A stretch of 24,957 nucleotides of DNA. It comes from Octopus sinensis (lineage: Eukaryota). The notes beneath the pieces were generated by a model. That model was not told the DNA's origin, searched no databases, and saw nothing but the letters and a program-made list of their open reading frames with translations. Below, one piece after another: positions 1 through 10,925 of this stretch; position 1 is the stretch's first letter; every line of letters starts with the position of its first letter. Location of the stretch: assembly GCF_006345805.1 (NCBI RefSeq), contig NW_021824467.1, forward strand, positions 1 through 24,957, written 5' to 3'. Position numbers and translations under genes: made by a program.

Positions 1-1095
1 ACATCACATGTACACACACGCACATACACAAATATATATATATATACATATATGTATATGCACACACACACACACATGCATTTTTATATATACATATATA
101 TACACATACATAACTACATATACACACACACATCACATGTACACACACTCACATACACAAATATATATATATACATATATGTATATGCACACACACACAC
201 ACACATGCATTTTTATATATACATATATATACACATATATAACTACATATACACACACATCACATGTAATACACAACGCACTAAACAAATATATATATAT
301 ATACATATAATGTATATGCACACACACACACACATGCATTTTTATATATTACATATATTACACATACATAACTACATATACACACACACATCACATGTAC
401 ACACACGCACATACACAAATATATATATATACATATATGTATATGCACACACACACACATGCATTTTTATATATACATATATATATACACATATATAACT
501 ACATATACACACACACATCACATGTACACACACGCACATACACAAATATATATATATATACATATATGTATATGCACACACACACACACACACATGCATT
601 TTTATATATACATATATATACACATATATAACTACATATACACACACACATCACATGTACACACACGCACATACACAATATCTATAATATATACATATAT
701 GGTTATGCACACACACACACACATGCATTTTTATATAAATATATATACACATATATAACTACATTATACACACACATCACATGTACACACACGCACAACA
801 CACAAATATATATATAACATATATGTATATGCACACACACACATGCATTTTTTATATATACATATATATACACATATTAACAACATATACACACACACAT
901 CACATGTACACACACGCACATACACAAATATATATATATATACATAAATGTATATGCACACACACAAACACATATATGCATATATATATGTATATGTGTG
1001 TGTACATTGTATATGCATGTGTATATATGTATATGTGCATGTATATATGCATATGCATGTGTATGTGTGTGTGGGTGTGTGGGTGTGTGTGTGTG
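1..1095. repeat. ~129-bp minisatellite built from CA/TA microsatellites (7-8 units), grading into TA/TG repeats
   Basis: Anchor ACATCACATGTA recurs at about 1, 130, 258, 388, 516, 648, 774 and 898. ORFs here are H/T/Y/I low-complexity artefacts. Confidence 0.9.
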
Positions 1096-1174
1096 TGGCT
1101 GTTTCTTAATGCTTAGAAGTGTTCGGTGTCTGAGGAGGATTGAAAGCAAACCAAAACATTGTCTCAAGATAAAG

Positions 1175-1596
1175 CAGCAGGAGTGGCTGTGTGGTAAGTA
1201 GCTTGCTAACCAACCGCATGGTTCCGGGTTCAGTCCCACTGCGTGGCATCTTGGGCAAGTGTCTTCTGCTATAGCCCCGGGCCGACCAATGCCTTGTGAG
1301 GGATTTGGTAGACGGAAACTGAAAGAGCCTGTCGTATATATATAATATATAATATATATATATATGGTGTGTGTGTGCATGTGTTTGTGTGTCTGTGTTT
1401 GTCCCCCTAGCATTGCTTGACAACCGATGCTGGTGTGTTTACGTCCCCGTCACTTAGCGGTTCGGCAAAAGAGACCGATAGAATAAGTACTGGGCTTACA
1501 AAGAATAAGTCCCGGGGTCGATTTGCTCGACTAAAGGCGGTGCTCCAGCATGGCTGCAGTCAAATGACTGAAACAAGTAAAAAGATAAAGATAAAG
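1175..1596 (+). mobile_element. tRNA-derived SINE, family A (octopus OK/OR-type), full length
   Basis: tRNA-like head GGAGTGGCTGTGTGGTAAG...GGTTCAGTCCC, internal TA/TG microsatellite, 3' end CAGTCAAATGACTGAAACAAGTAAAA. AAGATAAAG at 1166-1174 recurs at 1582-1596 (candidate TSD). Closely similar to 2115-2494 and 3424-3820. Confidence 0.88.
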
Positions 1597-1714
1597 AACC
1601 GATGTAAAGCCTCCCTCGACCTGCTAGAAATAGTAGTCACACATTGTGTTTAAGAAAGACACGTTAGGGAGGCAGTTGGCGGTTGCGGTAGGAGGCAGCT
1701 GTCAGTTATGACAG

Positions 1715-1812
1715 ACAGGGTTGGCATGGGCGGAATTTGAACCGAGAACGCAAAGAGCAGGAACAAACACATCCAGACATTTCATCCAGATTTTACCAAT
1801 CCACTGCCCTTA
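1715..1812 (-). mobile_element. degenerate tRNA-derived SINE head (family C-like)
   Basis: GGCGGAATTTGAACCGAGAACG resembles GGCGGAATTTGAACTCAGAACG of the family C copies at 8.4-10.2 kb. Confidence 0.45.
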
Positions 1813-1822
1813 CCCACCACTC

Positions 1823-1884
1823 TAGTAGCAGTAGGAGTACAAATACTAGTAGCAGTAGTAGTAGCAGCAGTGGAGGAGTATGAA

Positions 1885-1926
<42 letters not shown>

Positions 1927-2012
1927 CAGCAGTAGTAGTAGCAGCAGCGGAGGAGTATGAATAGTAGTAGTAGTAGTAGTAGTAGTAGTAGCAGCAGGAG
2001 TGGCTGTGTGGT

Positions 2013-2044
<32 letters not shown>

Positions 2045-2114
2045 TAGCAGCAGCGGAGGAGTATGAATAGTAGTAGTAGTAGTAGTAGTAGTTGTAGTAG
2101 TAGTAGTAGTAGTA
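1823..2114. repeat. complex (AGT)n/(AGC)n microsatellite with higher-order repeats
   Basis: Long TAG runs. GCAGC(G/A)GAGGAGTATGAATAG-like unit at about 1868, 1940 and 2047. A copy of the SINE head sits at 1993-2018. Confidence 0.9.
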
Positions 2115-2494
2115 GCAGGAGTGGCTGTGTGGTAAGTAGCTTGCTTACCAACCACATGGTTCTGGGTTCAGTCCCACTGCGTGGCACCTTGGACAAGTGT
2201 CTTCTGCTATAGCCTTGGGCTGACCAAAGCCTTGTGAGTGGATTTGGTAGACGGAAACTGAAAGAAGCCTGTAGTATATATGTATGTATATGTTTGGGTG
2301 TGTGTGTACATTCCCCCAGCGTCGCTTGACAACTGATGCTGGTGTGTTTACGTTCCCGTGGGTTAGCGGTTCAATAAAAGAGACCGATAGAATAAGTACT
2401 GGGCTTACAAAGAATAAGTCCTGGGGTCGATTTGCTTGACTAAAGGCGGTGCTCCAGCATGGCCGCAGTCAAATGACTGAAACAAATAAATGAA
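2115..2494 (+). mobile_element. tRNA-derived SINE, family A
   Basis: Aligns by eye to 1175-1585 along its length. Confidence 0.88.
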
Positions 2495-2683
2495 TGTGTG
2501 TGTGTATGTGTGTGTTTGTATGTATATGGAGATAGTGATGCAAATAAACCCACTTGGACTTGAAATATAAAATATACATCCATGTAAATATATATATAGT
2601 GATATACAAAGAGAAAGAAAAATAGAAAATATTCCCCAAATGAACACTCATGTCTAAGCATGAAGAATATTTATATATCTTTA

Positions 2684-3091
2684 CTAGCAGCATAGCCCGG
2701 CGTTGCCCCGGTATGTAAGAGCCCCAAGTAGGCAACGACTAATCCCAATCTAGTTCTTTCCCTCTAGGGAACGAAGGCGCATGTGTAGGATGCAATGTCT
2801 TCTCTTCACTCGAATACTTCTATGTATACGATGTTCCTAGCTGTCTCCCAACAGAAAATGTGTTGCATACAAAAAGCTTAAATTCTCGACCCCATGTCGA
2901 ATTTATCGATCTTTTTCAGAACTGGCGGAACTTTTCAAAATTTTCGCTCCGTTAGTTTTGAATTATGACATTGGGCTATGTGTGTGTCAAGTTTCATCAG
3001 AATCGGTTGAAAGCCGTGGTCTGGGTGAGGGTACAACCTGACAACCACACAGACACACAGACAGACAAACTGCCGTTTATATATAGAGAGA
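2684..3091 (-). mobile_element. non-autonomous Helitron (Hel-1)
   Basis: Minus strand starts TCTCTCTATATATAAACGGCAG and ends with GC-rich hairpin CCGGGGCAACGCCGGG about 10 nt before CTAG. Inserted between A(2683) and T(3092) with no TSD, the canonical Helitron signature. Confidence 0.85.
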
Positions 3092-3144
3092 TAGAACAAA
3101 TTTGCACGGAGTACAAAAGATACAGAAAACTAAGGGGAGAGTGC

Positions 3145-3300
3145 ACGGTGTTTCGAGTCCGACGGCCGTTTCTGGGGACTCAGGATTATGTAATAGTTGT
3201 AATGTTAGCAGAGGAAATGTGCAAAAAGTCAAGGCTATGCAACAAGTTAGTGATTGATGCATATAAACATTAGTATAGCCCTGGCCTCCTTCATCAGGAT
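3145..3300 (-). mobile_element. probable Penelope-like repeat remnant with broken hammerhead pieces
   Basis: Minus strand has CCTGATGAAGG (about 3287-3298) with no downstream GAAA. A separate GAGTCC...GGACTC stem followed by GAAAC (3150-3181) lacks an intact core. Confidence 0.35.
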
Positions 3301-3423
3301 GGAGAGATTGACAACTACTGACTGGAAGAGGGGAGAAAGACGTAACAGGGCAGTTATGAGGGGGTTAGACAAATGAGACATTTGTTTTAATTTTATAAAT
3401 ATTTTTCTTTGGAAAATTCGTAT

Positions 3424-3820
3424 TTCTTTCTTTTCTTTTCTTTTACTTGTTTCAGTCATTTGACTGCGGCCATGCTGGAGCACCACCTTTAGTCGAGCAA
3501 CTCGACCCCGGGACTTATTCTTTTGTAAGCCCAGTACTTATTCTATCGGTCTCTTTTTTGCCGAACCGCTAAGTTACGGGGACGTAAACACACCAGCATC
3601 AGTTGTCAAGCAATGCTAGGGGAAACAAACACAGACACACAACCAACACAACATATATATACGACAGCTTCTTTCAGTTTACGTCTACCAAATCCACTCA
3701 CAAGCATTGGTCGGCCCGGGGCTATAGCAGAATGACACTGCCCAAGATGCCATGCAGTGGGACTGAACCCGCAACCATGTGGTTGGTTAGCAAGCTACTT
3801 ACCACACAGCCACTCCTGCT
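3424..3820 (-). mobile_element. tRNA-derived SINE, family A
   Basis: Reverse complement of 1175-1585 and 2115-2494, with a (TTTTC)n tail at 3424-3444. Confidence 0.88.
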
Positions 3821-3924
3821 CATCGTTTATTCATCATTTTGTATAAGCAGCAAGAAATTTGATAAACATTAGATTATAATCATTGTGTGTAAGCCACATT
3901 TTCTGATATTCCCCATGGTAGCAA

Positions 3925-4445
3925 AAGTAGATGTGTGTGCGTGCGTGTGTGTACATATGTATATGTGTCTGTGTACGTGTACGTATGTATGTGTGTGTGT
4001 ACGTGTACGTATGTATGTGTGTGTGTACGTGTACGTATGTATATGTGTGTGTACGTGTTCGTATATATGTGTGTGTACGTGTTCGTATGTGTGTGTGTGT
4101 ACGTGTACGTATGTATATGTGTGTGTACGTGTACGTATGTATATGTGTGTGTGTGTACGTGTATGTATGTATGTGTGTGTACGTATTCGTATGTATATGT
4201 GTGTGTGTACGTGTACGTATGTATGTGTACATATGTGTGTGTATATGTACATATGTGTGTATATATGTACGTATGTGTGTGTATGTGTACGCATGTGTGT
4301 GTGTATGTGTGCGTATGTGTGTGCATGTATACGTATGTGTGTATGTGTGTGTGTGTATGTATGTATGTATGTATGTATGTATGTATGTATGTATGTATGT
4401 GTACGTATGTGTGTATATATTATGTGTACATATGCATGTATGCAT
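3925..4445. repeat. compound GT/AC/TA microsatellite with recurring GTGTACGTGTACGTATG motif and (TATG)n
   Basis: Direct inspection. Six-frame ORFs here are low complexity. Confidence 0.9.
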
Positions 4446-4669
4446 GTGTGCAATAAAACTTGAGATAAAAAATAATAATAATAATGCAAACATACACACA
4501 CGCAATGCTAGGGGGACATCAAAACTTTGAGATAGATGTTTGAATTATTGTTATTATCGAGTTGTTAGTTTCAACGAAGCAATTTACCATTCACGTCTTT
4601 TTTTATTCTTTTACTTGTTTCAGCCAAATAAACACACACACTCTATATTTATTTTTCACTTGTTAATTC

Positions 4670-4857
4670 GGTGGCACGTAAAAAGCACCCACTACACTCA
4701 CGGAGTGGTTGGCGTTAGGAAGGGCATCCAGCCGTAGAAACACTGCCAGATCAGACTGGAGCCTGGTGCGGCCTCCTGGCTTCCCAGACCCCAGTTGAAC
4801 CGTCCAACCCATGCTAGCATGGAAAGCGGACGCTAAACGATGATGATGATGATGATG
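4670..4857 (+). mobile_element. 5'-truncated retroposon, family B, with (GAT)n tail
   Basis: GTTGGCGTTAGGAAGGGCATCCAG...CATGCTAGCATGGAAAGCGGACG then (GAT)n. Matches 5363-5549. Confidence 0.8.
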
Positions 4858-5106
4858 TATGGTACATACAAACAGGAATATTGCGTTATTTATGTCCAGT
4901 TGAGTTCTTTCTTCTCTTGCCATTTACCAACTTTACATTTCATTGCTCCAGTATGGGCACAGTGCAGTGACTAACACCAGTTGAAAAAGAGGATTAAATG
5001 AATACATTTTTGTGTTATTTCGAGCTTCATTCCCTTATCCCCCACTCAAGATATTTTCGACCAATAGATGAACATCAATGGAATTTGTATCTTTGTGGTA
5101 CCAGTG

Positions 5107-5549
5107 CCGGTGGCACACAAGAAAACCATCCGAACGTGGCTGTAGCCAGTACCGCATCGACTGGCCTCCGAGCTCTGGGCACGTAACAAACACCATCCGA
5201 TCGTGGCCGTTCGCCAGCCACATCTGGCACCTGTGTCGGTGGCACATAAAAACACCATCTGAGCGTGGCCGTCTGCCAGCCTCGTCTGGCACCTGTGTCG
5301 GTGGCACATAAAAAACACCATCCGAGCGTGGCCGTTCGCCTGCCTCGTCTGGCACCTGTGTCGGTGGCACATAAAATCACCCACTACACTCTCGGAGTGG
5401 TTGGCGTTAGGAAGGGCATCCAGCTTTAGAAACACTGCCAGATCTGACTGGCCTGGTGCAGCCTTCAGGCTCCCCCGACCCTAGTTGAACCGTCCAACCC
5501 ATGCTAGCATGGAAAGCGGACGTTAAATGATGATGATGATGATGATGAT
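5107..5549 (+). mobile_element. family B retroposon with internal 62-63-bp tandem repeats and (GAT)n tail
   Basis: GGTGGCAC anchors at 5238, 5300 and 5363, with degenerate ones at 5109 and about 5177. Same 3' end as 4670-4857. Confidence 0.8.
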
Positions 5550-5599
5550 ATTCGGCGATTCTAATATTTAGAAGTTTCGCATTCGTCTTGTAGTGATCC

Positions 5600-6005
5600 T
5601 ACAACGGCGCGCGCTCGCGCACCGTCCATTTTCTATTTCGCACGTGCGAGTGTTGGTGCCTTCACCAGGGCACAGAAAGGAAGGGCCCTCTCGCGCATGC
5701 GCGAACCACCGGAAGCACGACCCTATTGCCTACGTAGCAGTTAGCGAGGCAAGGGGGTCGTAGAACGTTTGACCGCTAGCAGCAGTCAGGGGTGACTTTG
5801 AGACATGGCTATCGAAGGCAACGGTCACGTATATTCTCTCTCCGTCAGGACTTAATTCTAGCAGCAGTCGGCCGAATGCCTTTAACCAAATTGTTGCCGA
5901 CCACATTCAACTTCCCTGTTCGACGCCATCTTGAACCCGTTCTGGTTTTAGCGGCTGAATATTGTAAATATTACAATCGATTAACTTTCAGCCTTGCGCG
6001 CCCAG
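5600..6005. promoter_or_regulatory. CpG-rich housekeeping-type promoter (E-box, NRF1, ETS, YY1 motifs)
   Basis: GCACGTGC 5640-5647; perfect palindrome TCGCGCATGCGCGA 5691-5704 (NRF1 core GCGCATGCGC); ACCGGAAG 5708-5715; CGCCATCTTG 5924-5933 (YY1). High CpG in non-repeat sequence. Plus-strand ATG in good context at 5805 (MAIEGNG...). Confidence 0.7.
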
Positions 6006-6194
6006 AACCAAGGACATCCAGATAACACAGTTATGTTACCAAGAAGAGAATAAAGTTAGTAGATATATATTTTACGTCTGCGTCTTGTTGTTTCTGACTG
6101 GTAGAATTCTGGATTATTAAAGCAACGGCTAGTGATTGCTTTCTTGTACCCCGAAAGTACAAGAGAAGATATTCACTCACGAAGTTCGTTACAG

Positions 6195-6545
6195 TCTTTT
6201 TTCGTTCAGAGTTCAAATTTTACTGAGGTCGACTTTGCCTTTCATCATTTCGGGGTCGATGAAATAAATACTGACTGAGCACTGGTGTTGATGCGATTGG
6301 CTTATCCCCTCCTTTGGAATTGCTGCCTCTGTGCCAAACCTTGAAACCAGTATTTGAAGGCCGCAAGGTAGCAAGCTGGCAGAATCATTAACATGCTGGG
6401 CAAATTGCTAAGTGGCATTTCATTGGTTTTTACATTTTGAGTTCCAATTCTGCCAAGGTCAGCTTGCTCTTTCGTCTTTTGGGTGTCGGTAAAATAAGTA
6501 CCAGTTGAGCACTGGGGTCGATGTAATTGATTTACGCGCTCCCGA
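6195..6545 (+). mobile_element. two tandem degenerate tRNA-derived SINEs, family C
   Basis: GAGTTCAAATT...GAGGTCGACTTTGCCTTTCATC...GGGGTCGAT...AAGTACCAGTTGAGCACTGGGGTCGATG. Copies at about 6195-6348 and 6364-6545. Confidence 0.75.
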
Positions 6546-7244
6546 AGTCCCCATGTTTCCCATTTTATGGCTAATCACACGGACATGGCTCCTCACACAT
6601 GCAACCCTTTTACTCCTCCTAACTCTGAGTAGGTCCATCTCAATGATGTTCACAATGTCTGTAGAAACTTCAAGTCACATCAAAGAAGATCCTGGTTTTC
6701 ACTATTTAATATCTGAGACGTTAAAAATTAAGGTAGCTTCATTCTTTCTCATGAATATGTTAATTTTCAGGTGATATACAAAAATTATTCGGTTTTAGCC
6801 AAATGCTGTAGGCATCAGGCAGTACTTTTTTTTTTTTCAACATTGTATGGATGGTGGAGCAAGTAATTATATTAAAGTTCAAACATTAAACTGAAAAATT
6901 GATTTACATAAAAAAAAAAATAGGAAAGAGAGAAAATACGATTTAATCATCCAGAAAATTTTATCAGTTTTAAAATTCTGATATTGAAGTGTTCGGCAGA
7001 GGTATTTGATGTGAGTTTACTCTTGTGCCATTACATTGATTCCAGCAAGCCATCTATGACAAGTGTGTACTTGATCTATCAGCGAATCCTTTCTTCTTTT
7101 CAAAAGATTTCGCATTTTCAGACCTCATCAATTGAAACCAATTTTCTTTTAGAGTATCATACCAAATTTAACCCTTTAACATTCAGACTAAATTGTTTTG
7201 AGTCAATCATGCATTATCTCGTAGCTTTGGAACTGAAGCCTAGT

Positions 7245-7350
7245 ATTTAGGGGTGTCGCCCTCACGATCGCTTGATCGCGAGTTCGATTGCCAGGCAGGG
7301 TTAGGGTGTTGTGTTCTTGAGCAAAACACTTCATTTCATATTGCTCAAAT
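7245..7350 (+). mobile_element. degenerate SINE 5' half (family D-like)
   Basis: GAGTTCGATTGCC B-box-like motif, then GTTGTGTTCTTGAGCAAAACACTTCATTTCA as in 22860-22910. Confidence 0.55.
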
Positions 7351-8415
7351 GCTGTGTGGGAACCGGTATGTCAAAAAATAGGCCCAACGGCCCCTCGGTG
7401 TGTCGTAAAAAGTGACTAAAAGAGGATATGCACACCGACTCCATAAAACCATCCCCATCAATAACCACCCAAAACAAACCCATGGGTTGTGGGGTTGTCA
7501 CCTGGGTGGTGCAAAGGTATCATCTGCCAGGCATAGTAGGGAATCACCACCAAAAGGTGGAGCCAGTGACATGTTACAGCGCACGCACACGTATTTCTTC
7601 TACTTTGAGATTTGACAATGTGATTGTTTATTTTCAGAGTGACATTGTAGGGTATGCCTGAGAAGCCAGATATGGCCAGCTTGAAAAGAAACAATTGAGG
7701 ATGACATTTGCTTTTGGCAGTTAGTATTTGATTCAGTTTCCGTGTGTAAGCAGAAGGAGGTCCAGAGCAGGTTAAACACCAAACGGTTTAAGATGTTCAA
7801 AGATTGTATTAAAGTATTTTTTCTGTGAAGAAGAAGAAGAAGAATCTAACGATTTAAACATCAATCTTCATCATAGAGGGCTGTTTCTGATGGTTCAGAA
7901 TAAACAGAAAGGGAGCAACGAAGGAGAGTGGGTGTTACACATTCATATCTATGTGTTTGCGTATGCCAAACTACATCCCCACTCTTGGCACTATTTTGTT
8001 AGTGAACAGTACAACTGTGTGTAAATTATATAATGTATACGCTGAATGTCGAGTCCGTGTATCATGACAAGTCAATAAACACGTAACAATAACAATGGTC
8101 TTTTTTGGTTGTCAATCCCATTAGAACACAACTACACACAACAGTGGGGGAGAATAAAGGTGGTGGGGAGCAGAGAATAAGGAAGATGTAAGATAAAATT
8201 TTGAAAAAAATATTGGTGGAGTCAAGGATAGAATTAAAAAAATCCTGGAAAATATTTACATTGTCTGTGAGATTATCGTCTTAAAATGGATAACAATTCT
8301 CATCATAATCTTCAGCAAAATCATAGAAATATTAATGCAAGATGGAAGATTTCAAGTGTTTGTTCGGTCGTCTGTCAACTGGCATTTTTCAAATATCTTA
8401 ATGATAATAATGATG

Positions 8416-9260
8416 GTTTCAAATTTTGCCACAAGGGTGGCCATTTTGGGAAAGAGGATGAGTCGATTATATCGACCCCAGTGTATTACTGGCGCTTAAT
8501 TTATCAACCCCGAAAGGATGAAGGGCAAAGTTGACCTCGGCGGAATTTGAACCCAGAACATAGCGACAGACACAATACCTATTTCTTTACTACCCACAAG
8601 GGGCTAAACACAGAGAGGATAAACAAGGACAGACAAACGGATTAAGTCGATTACATCGACTCCAGTGCGTAACTGGTACTTAATTTATCGACCCCAAAGG
8701 ATGAAAGGCAAAGTCGACCTCGGCGGAATTTGAACTCAGAACGTAGCGGCAGGGGAAATACCGCTAAGAATTTCGCCCGGCATGCTAACGATTCTGCCAG
8801 CTTGCTGTCTTTATCTTAATAATCCTTTCTACTGGAAGCACAAGGCCTCAAATTTGGGGTAAGGATTAAGTCGACCCCAATGCATAACTGGTACTTATTT
8901 CATCGACCTCGAAAGGATGAAAGGCGAAGTCGACCTCAGCGGAATTTGAACTCAGAACGTAAGGACGGACGAAATGCCGCTAAGCACTTCGTCCCTGCGT
9001 GCTAACTATTCTGCTAGATCCCCACCTTAATAATAATAATCCTTTCTACTATAGACACAAGGCCTGAAATTTGGTTGTGGTGGGGAGGGGCAGTCGATTA
9101 GATCGACTTCAGTACGAAACTGGTACTTAATTTATCGACACCAAAAGGATGAAAGGTATAGTCGACCTCAGCGGAATTTGAAGTCAGAACATAAAGACAG
9201 GCGAAATACTGTTAAGCTTTTTGCCTGGCGTGCTAACATTTCAGCCAGCTTGTCGCCTTC
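8416..9260 (-). mobile_element. four head-to-tail family C SINEs
   Basis: Motif ...ATCGACCCC(G)AAAGGATGAAAGGCAAAGTCGACCTC(G/A)GCGGAATTTGAAC... at about 8505, 8685, 8900 and 9135. Several copies are separated by short (AAT)n. Confidence 0.85.
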
Positions 9261-9262
9261 AG

Positions 9263-9278
9263 AATAATAATAATAATA

Positions 9279-9319
<41 letters not shown>

Positions 9320-9342
9320 TATTATTATTATTATTATTATTA

Positions 9343-9392
<50 letters not shown>
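9263..9392. repeat. (AAT)n immediately followed by (ATT)n, an AT-rich palindrome
   Basis: Arms 9263-9314 and 9316-9392 around C9315. Confidence 0.9.
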
Positions 9393-9539
9393 GAGTGAGA
9401 GAGCAGTGCATGCCATCAAAGTGACAGTGGAAAGACAGTTGGAAAGAAGATAGAATGGTACCGTAGGCTGCAGACAGCAAGCCAATTACGCATGCAAGAC
9501 TCCAGGAGCTCCAATAAAACTTGAGATAAAAAAAAAAAT

Positions 9540-10195
9540 GATAATAATCCTTTCCACTAAAGGCACAAGGCCTGGAATTTTGGGGCAGGGGATTAGCCAA
9601 TTACACCGACCCTAGTGCGTAACTGGTATTTATTTCATCGACCCCGAAAGGATGAAAGGCAAAGTCGACCTCAGGTTTCAAATTTTACCACAAGGGCAGC
9701 ACTTTTGGGGGAGGGGACGAGTCGACTACATCAACCTCAGTGTCCAATTGGTACTTAATTTATCGCCCTCGGCGGAATTTGAACTTGGAACCTAACGACA
9801 CACGAAATACCGCCAAGCATTTCATCTGGCGCGCTAACGATTCTGCCAGCGCGAATAATAATAATAATTCTTTCTATTATAAGCATAAGGTCTAAAATTA
9901 TGGGAGAGGGGGGATAATTGATTACATGAACCCCAGTATTCAACTGGTACTTATTTCATTGTACCTCTGAAAGGATCTAAGGCAAAGTCGAGTTCAGCAG
10001 AATTTGAACAAAATATCGTTTCTACTATAAGGTTCAAGGCCTGAAATTTTGAGGGAGCGAGGAAGCCGATTACATTGACCCCAGTACTCAACTGGTACTT
10101 ATTTTATCGACCCCGGAAGGATGAAAACCAAAGTCAACCTCAGAACACGTAGATGGATGAAGTGTCGCTAAGCACTTCGTCCAGTGTGCTATCCT
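9540..10195 (-). mobile_element. four more head-to-tail family C SINEs, some truncated
   Basis: Copies at about 9540-9672, 9674-9850, 9855-10010 and 10015-10195. Confidence 0.8.
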
Positions 10196-10444
10196 ACCAA
10201 TTCACAGTCATATATATATATACAATATATAATAAAATGAAGTAGCATGAAATGATTGTACCACATTACCTCGGATATACTTGTTGCTTATTTTGATTAT
10301 AATCACCCCCATGGATTTATATGGATAATCCCATACGAAATTCAGGTGCTTTTGACTGAAGTACCATATTCCATATTCATCTGATTCTAAATTTTGCTGA
10401 ACTTTATATATCTATATATATATATATTATATATATATATATAA

Positions 10445-10925
10445 TGAGATTAGCTCGTATACGAGTGGGTATATATTGTATATACCGGTCTGGACTGGCT
10501 ACCTAACAGGTGAATAAAACCAAAACAATCACAAGGTTCGCCAGAACGATCCAGCAAACACCGACCAAAGTCACATCACAGTTACTCAAGGTAAAATCTA
10601 AAATGAATTCCTCGCGCTCTTTCAGAACACCAATTTTTTATATTGACTGCATATCACACTTTGATCTATTTTTTATATTGAATGCATATCACCACTATGA
10701 CTACTACATCATACTCTCTAAACAATAGCATGAACGAACTCACTTCACGATATATGAACTTTTGATGTCTGACTCTATTGTAATTATAAATGAATTTTTT
10801 TATATTTGATAGCATGAACTATCTTTTTTTTTATATAACTTTTTTTGATAAGGTTCTCAAGAACCGAAACATGTTATAATGTATATATAACAAATTAAAA
10901 ATTTGTCTACTATGCAGCACTTTCG
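10445..10925 (+). mobile_element. possible Penelope-like fragment between (TA)n tracts
   Basis: Bounded by (TA)n on both sides. Contains hammerhead-like TTGATAA-GGTTC tcaa GAACC-GAAA-CATGT at about 10845-10875. Confidence 0.35.

Noticed and set aside
8-1201. Many H/T/Y/I- or C/V-rich ORFs here and at 3.8-4.5, 13.1-14.1, 15.3-16.5 and 21.1-21.8 kb
   Set aside because: They are translations of CA/TA/TG microsatellites that lack stop codons in some frames.
5805-7661. Four-exon 40-aa model (5805-5823, 6771-6808, 6968-7010, 7638-7661)
   Set aside because: The phases are compatible, but two donors are weak and the peptide is unrecognisable. Not supportable without transcripts.
7654-7698. Thymosin-beta similarity of MPEKPDMAS
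   Set aside because: Similarity stops after KPDMA; there is no LKKTET actin-binding motif.
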